From NCBI GenBank assembly GCA_964600345.1, contig CAZRKA010000004.1:1-40181 (forward strand): DNA of 40,181 bases, given 5' to 3'. The position numbers and the translations under genes were made by a program. The DNA comes from an uncultured Chitinophaga sp. Lineage in GTDB: Bacteria; Bacteroidota; Bacteroidia; NS11-12g; UBA955. The notes under the pieces are model-generated. The model worked only from the letters and a program-made list of their open reading frames with translations, made no database searches and had not been told where the DNA came from. Below, in pieces: positions 1 to 8,852 of this stretch; position 1 is the stretch's first letter; every line of letters starts with the position of its first letter.

Positions 1-1350
1 GGTAAACTTGTCAATATTCTGGATACTCCCGGTCACAAAGACTTCGCCGAAGACACATACCGTACCCTAACTGCAGTTGACAGTGTTATCCTTGTTATTG
101 ACTGTGTGAAGGGTGTGGAGGAACAAACAGAGAAGTTGATGGAAGTATGCCGTATGCGCAATACCCCGGTTATTGTCTTCATCAATAAAGTTGACCGGGA
201 CGGCCGTGATCCGTTCGACCTGCTCGACGAACTTGAACAAAAACTCAATATCCGCGTAAGACCTATGAGCTGGCCAATCAATGGCGGAAGAGAGTTTAAA
301 GGGGTTTACAAACTTTACGACAAAAGCATCAACCTGTTTGAAGCAAATAAAACTAAAATCAGTAAAGACGTTGTCAGAATTGACGACCTCAACAGTCCGC
401 TGCTCGATGAACTCCTCGACAAAGATGCTCAAAGACTGCGACACGATGTTGAGTTGATTGACGGTGTATATGGAGCTTTCGATGTTAACGAATATCTGAA
501 AGGCGAACTTGCACCGGTATTTTTTGGCAGTGCTTTGAATAACTTTGGTGTAAAAGAACTGCTGGAAAAGTTTCTTGAGATTGCGCCTTTCCCGCAACCC
601 CGCCAGAGCAGCGACAGGGAAGTAAAACCCGAGGAAAACAAATTCACCGGTTTTATTTTTAAGATACATGCCAACCTGGATCCGCGTCACCGCGATCGTA
701 TTGCATTCCTTCGCGTTTGTTCGGGTAAGTTTGAACGCAACAAATTCTTTCACCATGTCAGGTTAAATAAAAACATGAAGTTTGCCAGCCCGTTTACTTT
801 TATGGCCGATAGCAAGGCATTACTCGAAGATGCCTATGCCGGCGATGTGGTTGGTTTGTACGATACCGGCAATTTTAAAATCGGTGATACCCTTACCGAA
901 GGTGAAGATTTGATGTACAAAGGCATTCCTTCGTTTTCACCCGAGATATTCAAAGAATTAATCAATCTCGATCCGATGAAATCCAAACAACTTGAGAAGG
1001 GCATAGAACAACTAACCGACGAAGGTGTAGCGCAGTTGTTCAGGCAGGAGCAGGGTAACCGAAAATTTATCGGCACGGTAGGGGAACTGCAGTTCGAGGT
1101 TATTCAATACAGACTGGAACACGAATACAATGCCAAATGCCGCTTCGATCCGCGCGCTTTTTACAAAGCCTGCTGGATGACCGGCGACAAGGATGCCATT
1201 GAAGAATTCTGTCGCTTCCGTCAGAAAAACATCGTAAAAGACAAAGACGAGAACATCGTTTTCCTTGCCGAAACGGCATGGATTTTGAACACTGCCATTC
1301 AACAGAATCCAAAGATTGAATTCCATACAACTTCTGAATTTAAAATATAA
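1..1350 (+). CDS. prfC: peptide chain release factor 3 (translational GTPase), 5'-truncated by the window edge
   Basis: Frame +1 is open from nt 1 to TAA at 1348-1350, so the GTG at 106 in the ORF track is internal. Hand translation from nt 1 gives [46 protein letters not shown]...[15 protein letters not shown]. This carries GTPase motifs G3 (DTPGH) and G4 (NKVD) with RF3-like spacing, and the rest is collinear with RF3. Confidence 0.93.
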   Translation, partial: GKLVNILDTPGHKDFAEDTYRTLTAVDSVILVIDCVKGVEEQTEKLMEVCRMRNTPVIVFINKVDRDGRDPFDLLDELEQKLNIRVRPMSWPINGGREFKGVYKLYDKSINLFEANKTKISKDVVRIDDLNSPLLDELLDKDAQRLRHDVELIDGVYGAFDVNEYLKGELAPVFFGSALNNFGVKELLEKFLEIAPFPQPRQSSDREVKPEENKFTGFIFKIHANLDPRHRDRIAFLRVCSGKFERNKFFHHVRLNKNMKFASPFTFMADSKALLEDAYAGDVVGLYDTGNFKIGDTLTEGEDLMYKGIPSFSPEIFKELINLDPMKSKQLEKGIEQLTDEGVAQLFRQEQGNRKFIGTVGELQFEVIQYRLEHEYNAKCRFDPRAFYKACWMTGDKDAIEEFCRFRQKNIVKDKDENIVFLAETAWILNTAIQQNPKIEFHTTSEFKI

Positions 1351-1375
1351 ACATTGTAAAATTAAAATTTCATTG

Positions 1376-1383
1376 TATGTTTG
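1376..1383 (+). promoter_or_regulatory. candidate Bacteroidota sigmaA -7 box (TATGTTTG)
   Basis: Exact match to TAnnTTTG, 26 nt after the prfC stop. It overlaps the ATG at 1377 and lies 9 nt upstream of the in-frame ATG at 1392. Motif match only. Confidence 0.3.
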
Positions 1384-2300
1384 AAGTACAAATGGATGGT
1401 TTGAGACAAAGTTTATTGGGAGCCTGCCTCTTCGCTTACTCTTCAATATCGGCGCAGGAAAATTCCCCTGTCGATTTCATCCCCAATTTTAAAAAAGGCG
1501 AACGTCTGGTATACCAGATTGTAGAAACCAAATTCAAACAAAATCCCAACGGGCATTACCTTTTTCTGATGTACGATACCTCTTATCTGGTATTTAATGT
1601 TACAGAAAAAAATGACAGTCAGACCTTGATTGATTTCAACTATGCGGATGCCATGATTGACGGCAAGGTGTACAACGAAAACAACAACTATCTGCGTACC
1701 GAGACTTATAAACTGGTTCTAAGTCCAAAAGGAGAATTTATTGAACTTAGCAACTGGGAGTTTTTTGCCAGCGTGCTGATTCAAAATACTAAAATCCTGT
1801 ATGCCAACCGTGGTATTGATTCCAATACACTTAAATACTATTACTTGTTTTATCACAGCCAGGAAAATGTCGAAAAGACTGTTCTGCCAAGGGTACTTGA
1901 ATTATTTGACATTCTCGGTGAAACCTATCACCTTGAAACAAACTACAGTCTAGCTCGCGAAATGGTAAATCCTTTTCAGGGCAACAATTTGCTGAAATCC
2001 TGCTCATTCAAACCATTTAAAACCGCCGCATATCCGAATTCAGTTTTTTTTGAAGGCAAAATTAAAACCAATTCAGACGACAATGAATGCCTGCAGGAAG
2101 ATTACTACGCCTATATCAACCAGAAAAAGCCTGATTCCGATTCGGAAGTAGTTCCACCGTATATATACATGGAAGATACTTATACCTACCAATGGGGACT
2201 CATCAGTAAGCGCATTCTATCCTTCACATTTACACATACGGTATATCTGGGTAGCGATAAGCAGGGACTCGACAGGGTATTTAACTTTTACTCTTACTAA
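1377..2300 (+). CDS. hypothetical secreted protein (no family recognised)
   Basis: 307-aa ORF with a signal-like hydrophobic N-terminus (LLGACLFAYSSISAQ). The in-frame ATG at 1392 (MDGLRQ...) is an equally plausible start. No conserved motif recognised. Confidence 0.6.
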   Translation: MFEVQMDGLRQSLLGACLFAYSSISAQENSPVDFIPNFKKGERLVYQIVETKFKQNPNGHYLFLMYDTSYLVFNVTEKNDSQTLIDFNYADAMIDGKVYNENNNYLRTETYKLVLSPKGEFIELSNWEFFASVLIQNTKILYANRGIDSNTLKYYYLFYHSQENVEKTVLPRVLELFDILGETYHLETNYSLAREMVNPFQGNNLLKSCSFKPFKTAAYPNSVFFEGKIKTNSDDNECLQEDYYAYINQKKPDSDSEVVPPYIYMEDTYTYQWGLISKRILSFTFTHTVYLGSDKQGLDRVFNFYSY

Positions 2301-2303
2301 ATT

Positions 2304-3749
2304 TTGAAAATTTCAAGGGATACCGGGCTAATCTGGGCAGCCTTTGCGGCATCTCTGTTTTTACTCGGTTTTGTGTTTTATCAGAGCCGTGGAGTAGAAG
2401 GCGGACTCGATTCCTGGAACCATTTTCTCATTTCCAAATCCGCTTACAGGCACCCGGAACTTTTGCTCGACCAGTGGAATAAACCTGTTTTCACATGGTG
2501 TACCGTTCTTATTTGCCAGCTCGGCCTCAATGCCCTGATTATATTCAATATTCTCTGTGTGGCTTTTGCCGGATTGCTCAATGCTTATTCTCTGAAGAAA
2601 CGCGGCTACGGAAATGCATGGCTATTGGTGCCTTTTACCGTGTTTACACCTATTTTATTCCAGAACACAATCTCGGGATTAACCGAACCGCTTAATGTAT
2701 TCCTGCTGGCATTGTTATTTTACTTCTGGAGCAACGAAAGATTCAGGTCAGCTGTATTGATTGCATCATTCCTGCCATTTGTGAGAACCGAAGGTTTTGT
2801 TATCTGCGGCGCTGTATTTTTAGGTATCATTTGCCGCAAAGATTATAAACTCATGTTCTGGCTGCTTTCCGGTAGCCTGGTTATGAATTTAGTTGGTTTC
2901 ATTATCACCGGAAAACCCTTATGGATTATCACCGAAAACCCATACTGGAAACACGAAAATGAAGGCACATTCGATCCCGGAAGTGGCAGCATTTTCCACT
3001 TCACAGATCAGGCCAGAGCTATGTTTGGTTTACCTTTACTGATTTTATTGCTAGGAGGTATAGCACTATTGTTGTTTCGCATCATTAAAAAGAAAGACCA
3101 GGACAGTTTGTTTTTTCTTTCATTCTGGACTTTTGCACTCTATTTTCTTGCCCATACAATTATCTATTATTTCGGTATTCTTGGTTCACACGGACTCACA
3201 CGGCCGATAGCTGTCATAGCCGGCCCTCTGGGCATAATGGCCTTTTATGCCCTGGATGTATTTGACATGAAAAAGCAAAACCTGCTTAGGGTGATGTTTT
3301 CTGTCCTGATTGCCTTTTCAGTCATCTGGATTGCATACAAAGAGACCGGCTACGCCAAACCACACCGCATCAATGAACCAAGTGTAAAGGCAGATAAAAG
3401 TCAGATCAACTTTATAAAAGCAGGAGAGTGGTTGACATCCAATGGTCTTATGCAGCGACCCATCATACACCAGTCGCCGTATTTCGATGTGCACTTCAAT
3501 AAAGATCCATACGACATCAATTCTTCTTACCGCATTTGGTCTATAGACCAGAAAAACGACTGGGCGGCTAAAGGTGTTATAGTAATATGGGACGGGTTCT
3601 CGGCAGTGAGAGAGGGGAATATGAAATTAGAATGGCTGATGTCTAATCCCGACTATAAACTTTTGCATACCATAGAAGGATTTGAAAAACCTGAATCTGA
3701 TTCCACCATGTACGAGGTCAGGATTTTTGAAAAAGTTCTCGGACCATAA
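2304..3749 (+). CDS. polytopic membrane protein, possible GT-C-fold (ArnT/PMT-like) glycosyltransferase
   Basis: 481-aa ORF (TTG start in the ORF track, start uncertain). It has many hydrophobic helices over about 350 aa, then a roughly 130-aa soluble C-terminal domain. The architecture resembles GT-C enzymes, but I see no diagnostic motif. Confidence 0.5.
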   Translation: MKISRDTGLIWAAFAASLFLLGFVFYQSRGVEGGLDSWNHFLISKSAYRHPELLLDQWNKPVFTWCTVLICQLGLNALIIFNILCVAFAGLLNAYSLKKRGYGNAWLLVPFTVFTPILFQNTISGLTEPLNVFLLALLFYFWSNERFRSAVLIASFLPFVRTEGFVICGAVFLGIICRKDYKLMFWLLSGSLVMNLVGFIITGKPLWIITENPYWKHENEGTFDPGSGSIFHFTDQARAMFGLPLLILLLGGIALLLFRIIKKKDQDSLFFLSFWTFALYFLAHTIIYYFGILGSHGLTRPIAVIAGPLGIMAFYALDVFDMKKQNLLRVMFSVLIAFSVIWIAYKETGYAKPHRINEPSVKADKSQINFIKAGEWLTSNGLMQRPIIHQSPYFDVHFNKDPYDINSSYRIWSIDQKNDWAAKGVIVIWDGFSAVREGNMKLEWLMSNPDYKLLHTIEGFEKPESDSTMYEVRIFEKVLGP

Positions 3750-3926
3750 GTTAAAATTATAATAAAAACAGCCTGAATTCCTGTAAGCGCCGTATTCAAT
3801 AATTTATTTGTAAGTGTAATCCGGACAATTGTTTTCAGTGTCCGGTGATGCCAAACACAGTATCAGACCTTCTTGATTTATAACAGGAAATACAAATGAA
3901 CTCTGAGATGTAAATCAGAAATTCAA

Positions 3927-4751
3927 TCAGATTCCAAATAAATCTGCGTGTATTTTGTAAGTTCTGGTGAAGCCGAAATGTTTTTCCTTATAGCTTTCAA
4001 TCCAGGCCAGACCACGGGTTGCATTGCAAATAAACGCTTCGTCTGCTGCAAATAAATCTTCCTCAGTTAATGCAGTTTCTTTAACCACATATCCCAGGTT
4101 CCTGAGTTTGTCTATGATAAAATGCCGCATTACACCGTCGAGGCAGTATTCAGAAAGGGCAGGGGTCAGCACCTCGTCGCCTGAAACGAAGAATATATTG
4201 GCATTAAACACTTCAGCTATATTGCCCTGCTCATTAAAAAGCATAACGGTATCGAATCCGTTTTCTGTGGCATAGATACCGGCAAGTACGTATTGAATTG
4301 CTGAAAGTGGCTTGAAGAAACTAAGGAAATTAGACGGTTTCAGAATAAGTCCGTAAGCTCCCATTTTCATACCAACATCATTGATGGGATAATTACCAGG
4401 AGCTTCGGTCATCTCGATCAAAAAACAACATCTGTTTCTGCTGGGAGCGTAATATCCTTCACATTCTCTGTAAAAAATAATACGGCATCGGGCGTTGAGC
4501 CAGCCGTTTTTGAGGCATAATAACTCTATCTGATCTTCGAAGTATTTCTGGGTCCAGCGTTCGTTTAAAGGCAGATGAAAGAATGTGGAAGCGCGCTGTA
4601 TGCGCTGGTAATGCAGATCAAATAACTGAGGTTTCTTCTGGATAACCTTGATACTTTCAAAAAAACCATCGCCGTATTTGTAGATACGACTCTGTGAATT
4701 GAAAATTTTATCATCGGCATCGGTCAGTACCCCTTGAAAACTGATCAACAT
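3927..4751 (-). CDS. aminotransferase class IV (fold-type IV PLP enzyme; branched-chain/D-amino-acid aminotransferase or aminodeoxychorismate lyase)
   Basis: YGDGFFES near the N-terminus, NIFFVSGDEVLTPALSEYCLDGVMR, and EAFICNATRG near the C-terminus are hallmarks of the class IV family. The subfamily cannot be resolved by eye. Confidence 0.85.
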   Translation of the reverse strand: MLISFQGVLTDADDKIFNSQSRIYKYGDGFFESIKVIQKKPQLFDLHYQRIQRASTFFHLPLNERWTQKYFEDQIELLCLKNGWLNARCRIIFYRECEGYYAPSRNRCCFLIEMTEAPGNYPINDVGMKMGAYGLILKPSNFLSFFKPLSAIQYVLAGIYATENGFDTVMLFNEQGNIAEVFNANIFFVSGDEVLTPALSEYCLDGVMRHFIIDKLRNLGYVVKETALTEEDLFAADEAFICNATRGLAWIESYKEKHFGFTRTYKIHADLFGI

Positions 4752-4906
4752 GGTTGCAATATACTAAGTTTTTTGAATAATAAGCATCATTAGCCGCTTT
4801 TAAGCCTAAAATGGTTAGTTTCAATACTGTGAGGTTCATGTAATTTAATTCTCAGCGATAGTTTAAAACCCGAAGATATTGAGTTTCTAATTCCTCTTAT
4901 CTTATC

Positions 4907-4914
4907 TATATTTG
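4907..4914 (+). promoter_or_regulatory. candidate -7 box (TATATTTG)
   Basis: Exact TAnnTTTG, 27 nt upstream of the ATG at 4941, in a divergent intergenic region. Confidence 0.4.
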
Positions 4915-4940
4915 CCTTCATAATTATAGATTGAACTTCA

Positions 4941-5165
4941 ATGCAAAAACCGGATCCCAATCTTTTATTAAAGCTAGTGCGCATGAAGATGCCTTACGGG
5001 AAATACAAAGACAATCTGATTTGCAATCTTCCGGTATCCTATCTCGAATGGTTTAAGTCTAAAGGATTTCCAAAAGGTGAACTCGGTATGCTGCTCGAAA
5101 CTATGTATGAAATCAAAATCAACGGACTCGATGATTTGCTGAGACCGCTTAAACAATTTAAATAA
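4941..5165 (+). CDS. DUF3820-like small protein (exodeoxyribonuclease-X C-terminal-like module)
   Basis: 74 aa. MPYGKYKDNLICNLPVSYLEWFKSKGFPKGELG fits the [FY]GK[HY]K..(8-12)..Y[LY].W....FP signature. The same signature occurs at the C-terminus of the exonuclease at 28933-29703. Confidence 0.7.
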   Translation: MQKPDPNLLLKLVRMKMPYGKYKDNLICNLPVSYLEWFKSKGFPKGELGMLLETMYEIKINGLDDLLRPLKQFK

Positions 5166-5190
5166 TTAACCCCGGCAGAGTTGCAATTTC

Positions 5191-5559
5191 TTACAATTTT
5201 CTGAATTCAAAGGTAAGCGGTCCTTCATGCATCTTCAGGCTAAAAGCCGAAAGTATGTCAACTTCAAATAGCCTGATTGTATCGGGATTTTCGTATTTTA
5301 AATGCAAGGTATGATCTTTAAAAGACCATTTACCTGACATGTGTTTGTTTAATGCGGCAATATGGTAATCAAAAATGCTGTCTTTACCCAGAATCATGAT
5401 GTCTTCATCGGTAGTCTCGCATATAGCAGAATCGTTAACACTGATTTTAATGTAATTCCAGCTGCCGGTGATCAGATCAGTCTCGGTTCTTTTGCGACAT
5501 GAGATTAATAACATCAATCCCAACAAAAAAAGAAACCTATTTGCGCTTGTCAATTTCAT
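5191..5559 (-). CDS. small lipoprotein, function unknown
   Basis: MKLTSANRFLFLLGLMLLISC is a lipoprotein signal peptide with a lipobox Cys. The rest of the protein is unassigned. The start overlaps the 3' end of the upstream gene by 23 nt. Confidence 0.6.
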   Translation of the reverse strand: MKLTSANRFLFLLGLMLLISCRKRTETDLITGSWNYIKISVNDSAICETTDEDIMILGKDSIFDYHIAALNKHMSGKWSFKDHTLHLKYENPDTIRLFEVDILSAFSLKMHEGPLTFEFRKL

Positions 5560-6130
5560 CTCTAATTTGGGCAGCCTTTAAATAATCTTCATTTCTAAGC
5601 GCCTCATCAAGCATGTCTTCCAGTTCGTCTACGCTTTTATCTTTGTATTTATTCGATAAAGACTTTTCGCCTATTTTAGGCATATCCTCGCCGGCATCTC
5701 TGCCCGGTTTCTGGATATCGCTTTCTTCTATCTCAATCCCTGCTTCCTCAAGTATATCTTCTGTAGTGTAAATCGGACAATTAAAGCGAACCGCAATGGC
5801 TATGGCATCGCTGGTTCTGCAATCAATACTTACCTGTTCGTCAGCATTCTCGCAAACAAGTAAAGCGTAAAACACTCCTTCTTTTAACTGGTGAATGAAT
5901 ACTTCGCTAATGGTAAAGTTGAGCTTCTTGGCAAACAGGAGAAATAAATCGTGGGTTAAAGGCCTCTCGGTATTAATTCCTTCGAGGGGAATGGCTATAG
6001 CCTGAGCTTCAAACTGGCCGACTATGATCGGCAATTTACGTTGACCTTCCATTTCGCTAAGGATTAGGCTATATGAGCCCTTGACCTGTGATGGTGCTAT
6101 ACCGTATATATCCAGTTCTACCTTTTTCAA
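5537..6130 (-). CDS. bifunctional nuclease family protein (DUF151 domain + UVR motif)
   Basis: N-terminal LPIIVGQFEAQAIA...RPLTHDL...CRTSDAIAIAVRFNCPIY matches the DUF151 DNase/RNase-like domain. C-terminal LDEALRNEDYLKAAQIRDEI is a UvrB/C-type UVR motif. Confidence 0.8.
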   Translation of the reverse strand: MKKVELDIYGIAPSQVKGSYSLILSEMEGQRKLPIIVGQFEAQAIAIPLEGINTERPLTHDLFLLFAKKLNFTISEVFIHQLKEGVFYALLVCENADEQVSIDCRTSDAIAIAVRFNCPIYTTEDILEEAGIEIEESDIQKPGRDAGEDMPKIGEKSLSNKYKDKSVDELEDMLDEALRNEDYLKAAQIRDEIDKRK

Positions 6131-6142
6131 ACCGGGTTTTTA

Positions 6143-7087
6143 TTAGTTCTTTGACGCCTTGGCGGCACTGATTAATTGAGGAAGTATTTCGAAAGCATCT
6201 CCTACAATGCCGTAATCTGCAGCTTTGAAGAAAGGTGCTTCAGGATCTTTGTTAATGGCAACTATCACTTTACTGCTGCTTACACCGGCAAGATGCTGGA
6301 TTGCTCCTGAAATACCGATGGCAATATAAAGGTTGGGCTTAATGGTAATTCCCGTTTGACCAACGTGTTCGTTATGGGGTCTCCAGCCCATATCACTTAC
6401 AGGTTTGGAACAGGCAGTGGCAGCACCAAGCAAGTCTGCCAGTTCTTCTACCATTCCCCAGTTTTCCGGACCTTTCATGCCTCTTCCGGCAGAAACAACT
6501 ATCTCGGCTTCGGTCAGCGGAATTTTACCGCCTGCCTTCGAGGTGGCACTGATGCTGGTTCGTGCATTGCCGGCATTGCTTTGCATGGTTTCGGCAGATA
6601 TAGCACCCGGGAATGATTTAAGTTCTGTACTGTTAGGTGTAATGGCTATTACTTTATTAGCCTTATCAAGACTGACATAGGCGAATCCTTTACCGGAAAA
6701 AACACCGCGTTTAACCGTAAAACCGTTGGAGGTCTCGGGATATGCAATTACATTGGTAGCAAGAGAAGCGTTCATGGCCACTGCAATCCTCGGTGAAAGC
6801 GATTTGCCTTCATAAGTATTGGCTATAACCATTAAATCAATATTATTAGCAATGATGGCTGAATGGATATTTGCAGTATAGGCCTGTGCATCGAAAGCGT
6901 TTAAGCCTTCAATTACCACAAGTTTGCGCACGCCGTGTTCTGCCAGCTTTTCAGCTTCACCGTCGTTTGGCTTACCTATGCAAATAGCTGTTACTTCTCC
7001 GTTGCTGATGTTTGCAGCGTATGAGGCAGCTTCTAAAACTGATTTTTTAAATACTCCTTCTGAATTTTCTGCGTATATTCCTGTCAT
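6143..7087 (-). CDS. etfA: electron transfer flavoprotein subunit alpha
   Basis: The FAD-binding C-terminal region VVSAGRGMKGPENW...CSKPVSDMGWRPHNEHVGQTGITIKPNLYIAIGISGAIQHLAG is diagnostic. Start set to ATG 7087 (MTGIYAENSEG), 1 nt from the etfB stop. The ORF-track start at 7126 would overlap etfB by 38 nt. Confidence 0.9.
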   Translation of the reverse strand: MTGIYAENSEGVFKKSVLEAASYAANISNGEVTAICIGKPNDGEAEKLAEHGVRKLVVIEGLNAFDAQAYTANIHSAIIANNIDLMVIANTYEGKSLSPRIAVAMNASLATNVIAYPETSNGFTVKRGVFSGKGFAYVSLDKANKVIAITPNSTELKSFPGAISAETMQSNAGNARTSISATSKAGGKIPLTEAEIVVSAGRGMKGPENWGMVEELADLLGAATACSKPVSDMGWRPHNEHVGQTGITIKPNLYIAIGISGAIQHLAGVSSSKVIVAINKDPEAPFFKAADYGIVGDAFEILPQLISAAKASKN

Positions 7088-7088
7088 G

Positions 7089-7829
7089 TTATGCGATGAT
7101 TTTAGCTTCGTTACGTAGTATATCAATTAACTGACCTGCGTTTTGTGCATCAATTAAACGCACTGCCTGTTTAGGCGCAGGACTTTCAAACTGTTTATAA
7201 GTGCTGCTGTTCGCAACATCAGTCGCTTCAACAACTGCAAGCGGTTTTGTTCTGGCGGCCATAATACCTTTCATATTGGGAATACGGGGTTCGCAGAGAT
7301 CTTTCTGAGCACTGGCCACTACCGGTAATTCAGAACTTAAAGTCTGCCTGCCTCCGTCAATATCGCGCTCAAACAAGGCCTTGCCGTCTGTTACATCAAT
7401 TTTAGTACAAACATTTACAGAAGGCCAGCCAAGCAATTCGCCCAGCAGACTGCAAACCTGTCCGCCGTTGTAATCTATACTTTCTCTACCTGTTAACACC
7501 ATATCATAGGTATTAGCCTTGATGATATGAGCCAGTTGTTCTGCCACAAATTGTCCGTCTTTAGGTTCTGCATTGATGCGAATGGCGTCGTTGGCACCTA
7601 TTGCAAGTGCCTTTCTGATAACTGCGTCTGCATCCGCAGTTCCGACAGTTGCTACTGTAACGCTGCCGCCATTTTTTTCAGTGATTTCCAGAGCACGGGT
7701 CAGAGAGAGTTCATCATAAGGATTGATGATAAACTGTACACCCTGAGTATTGAATCGGGTATTGTTATCTGTAAAGGTAATTTTGGTTGTGGTATCCGGA
7801 ACCACACTCATACACACTAAAATTTTCAT
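7089..7829 (-). CDS. etfB: electron transfer flavoprotein subunit beta
   Basis: MKILVCMSVVPDTTTKI...INPYDELSLTRALE is the ETF-beta N-terminal pattern. The gene lies directly upstream of etfA. Confidence 0.9.
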   Translation of the reverse strand: MKILVCMSVVPDTTTKITFTDNNTRFNTQGVQFIINPYDELSLTRALEITEKNGGSVTVATVGTADADAVIRKALAIGANDAIRINAEPKDGQFVAEQLAHIIKANTYDMVLTGRESIDYNGGQVCSLLGELLGWPSVNVCTKIDVTDGKALFERDIDGGRQTLSSELPVVASAQKDLCEPRIPNMKGIMAARTKPLAVVEATDVANSSTYKQFESPAPKQAVRLIDAQNAGQLIDILRNEAKIIA

Positions 7830-7851
7830 GAAAACTTAAAAAAATATTTTG

Positions 7852-7859
7852 CAAAATTA
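7852..7859 (-). promoter_or_regulatory. candidate -7 box (TAATTTTG) for etfBA
   Basis: The reverse complement of caaaatta is an exact TAnnTTTG, 23 nt upstream of the etfB ATG (7829). Confidence 0.45.
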
Positions 7860-7913
7860 AGTATAAAAAGTGCTAAGAAAAAATGAGTTTTGCAGTCGTT
7901 CACAAAATTTGAA

Positions 7914-8225
7914 ATGAGCAGAATTGACAGTATCAGGGAATTGCTGAAAAAGGATCCGGAAGATGTATTTTTGAATTATGCACTTGCCATGGAATATATG
8001 TCGGCTGAACAAACTGATGATGCTATTGAAAAACTGGAATGGATAAGGGAAAAACAAGCTGATTATCTGCCCTTATACTACCAGCTGGCACAGCTTTATT
8101 CGGAAAGTGGTTTTAAAGATAAATCAGAACAGATATACACAGAGGGTATTGTGGTTGCCGAAGCTGCAGGCGATCGCAAAACAGCATCAGAATTGCGCAG
8201 CGCACTCGACGAATTATTATTTTAA
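7914..8225 (+). CDS. TPR-like helical repeat protein
   Basis: 103 aa from ATG 7914 (the ORF-track TTG at 7890 is also possible). FLNYALAMEYMSAEQTDDAIEKLEWIREKQADYLPLYYQLAQLYSESG has TPR-type periodicity. Confidence 0.6.
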   Translation: MSRIDSIRELLKKDPEDVFLNYALAMEYMSAEQTDDAIEKLEWIREKQADYLPLYYQLAQLYSESGFKDKSEQIYTEGIVVAEAAGDRKTASELRSALDELLF

Positions 8226-8672
8226 ATGGAATACCAAAGCAGAAATCCACACTTCAAACAGCAATTACTGCAAAAAATGCAGGCTAATCACTTTATGCAG
8301 CACCTTGGCTTTATGGTTACAGCTATAGAAGCAGGTTACATAGAAGGAGAACTGATATTGCACAAAATTCACACCCAGCAAAATGGATTTGTGCATGGTG
8401 GCATCACTTCCACTCTTGCTGATATAGTGATGGGATTTGCAGCATATTCGCTTGTTGCGGAAGGAGAGGGCACGGTGACTTCCGATCTTAAAATAGCATA
8501 TCTCAGACCGGGGATTGGCGAAAAAGTTATTGCCCGCGGACGGGTCATAAAACCCGGAAAATTGTTGTATTACTGCGAGGCAGATATCATTTGTGTACAT
8601 CCCGAAATGGGCGAGGTATTAATAGCTAGGGGCTACTCAACTATGTGCGCAGTTAAACATGCGATAGTTTGA
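8226..8672 (+). CDS. PaaI-family hotdog-fold thioesterase
   Basis: GFVHGGITSTLADIVMGFAA is the PaaI/4HBT-type signature. The ATG abuts the preceding stop (TAAATG). Confidence 0.8.
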   Translation: MEYQSRNPHFKQQLLQKMQANHFMQHLGFMVTAIEAGYIEGELILHKIHTQQNGFVHGGITSTLADIVMGFAAYSLVAEGEGTVTSDLKIAYLRPGIGEKVIARGRVIKPGKLLYYCEADIICVHPEMGEVLIARGYSTMCAVKHAIV

Positions 8673-8852
8673 TACGCCTTAATTTACTCTAATTTTCCTG
8701 AAAGACTCCTTACATAAGCAATACCAGAGATTTGCAAAGCTATTTCTGCAATTCAGAATAATTTTTAAAAGCAGATATAATGAGAAATCAAATCGGGTAT
8801 CTGTAAATTTCACCTTACCCAATAAACATTAAGAAGTTTTACGAAGCGAAAA

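Noticed and set aside
67-756. Long antisense ORFs opposite well-supported genes: 67-756(-) and 1012-1446(-) opposite prfC, 20612-21106(+) opposite gldG, 35596-36042(+) opposite Sua5, 36763-37173(+) opposite the sigma54 regulator, and 15811-16155(+) opposite the aminotransferase.
   Set aside because: Each lies entirely inside a CDS that carries clear family motifs on the other strand. Their translations are low-complexity or atypical and have no recognisable motifs. They are typical shadow ORFs.
3821-3845. Inverted repeat CCGGACA-N11-TGTCCGG between the convergent genes ending at 3749 and 3927.
   Set aside because: The stem is only 7 bp with an 11-nt loop and no U-tract on either strand. It is too weak to call a terminator.
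4790-5156. Small ORFs 4790-4984(-) and 4974-5156(-) around the DUF3820 gene, and 17870-18076(-) overlapping the lipoprotein gene start.
   Set aside because: They have no motifs, overlap better-supported genes or promoter regions, and show atypical composition.
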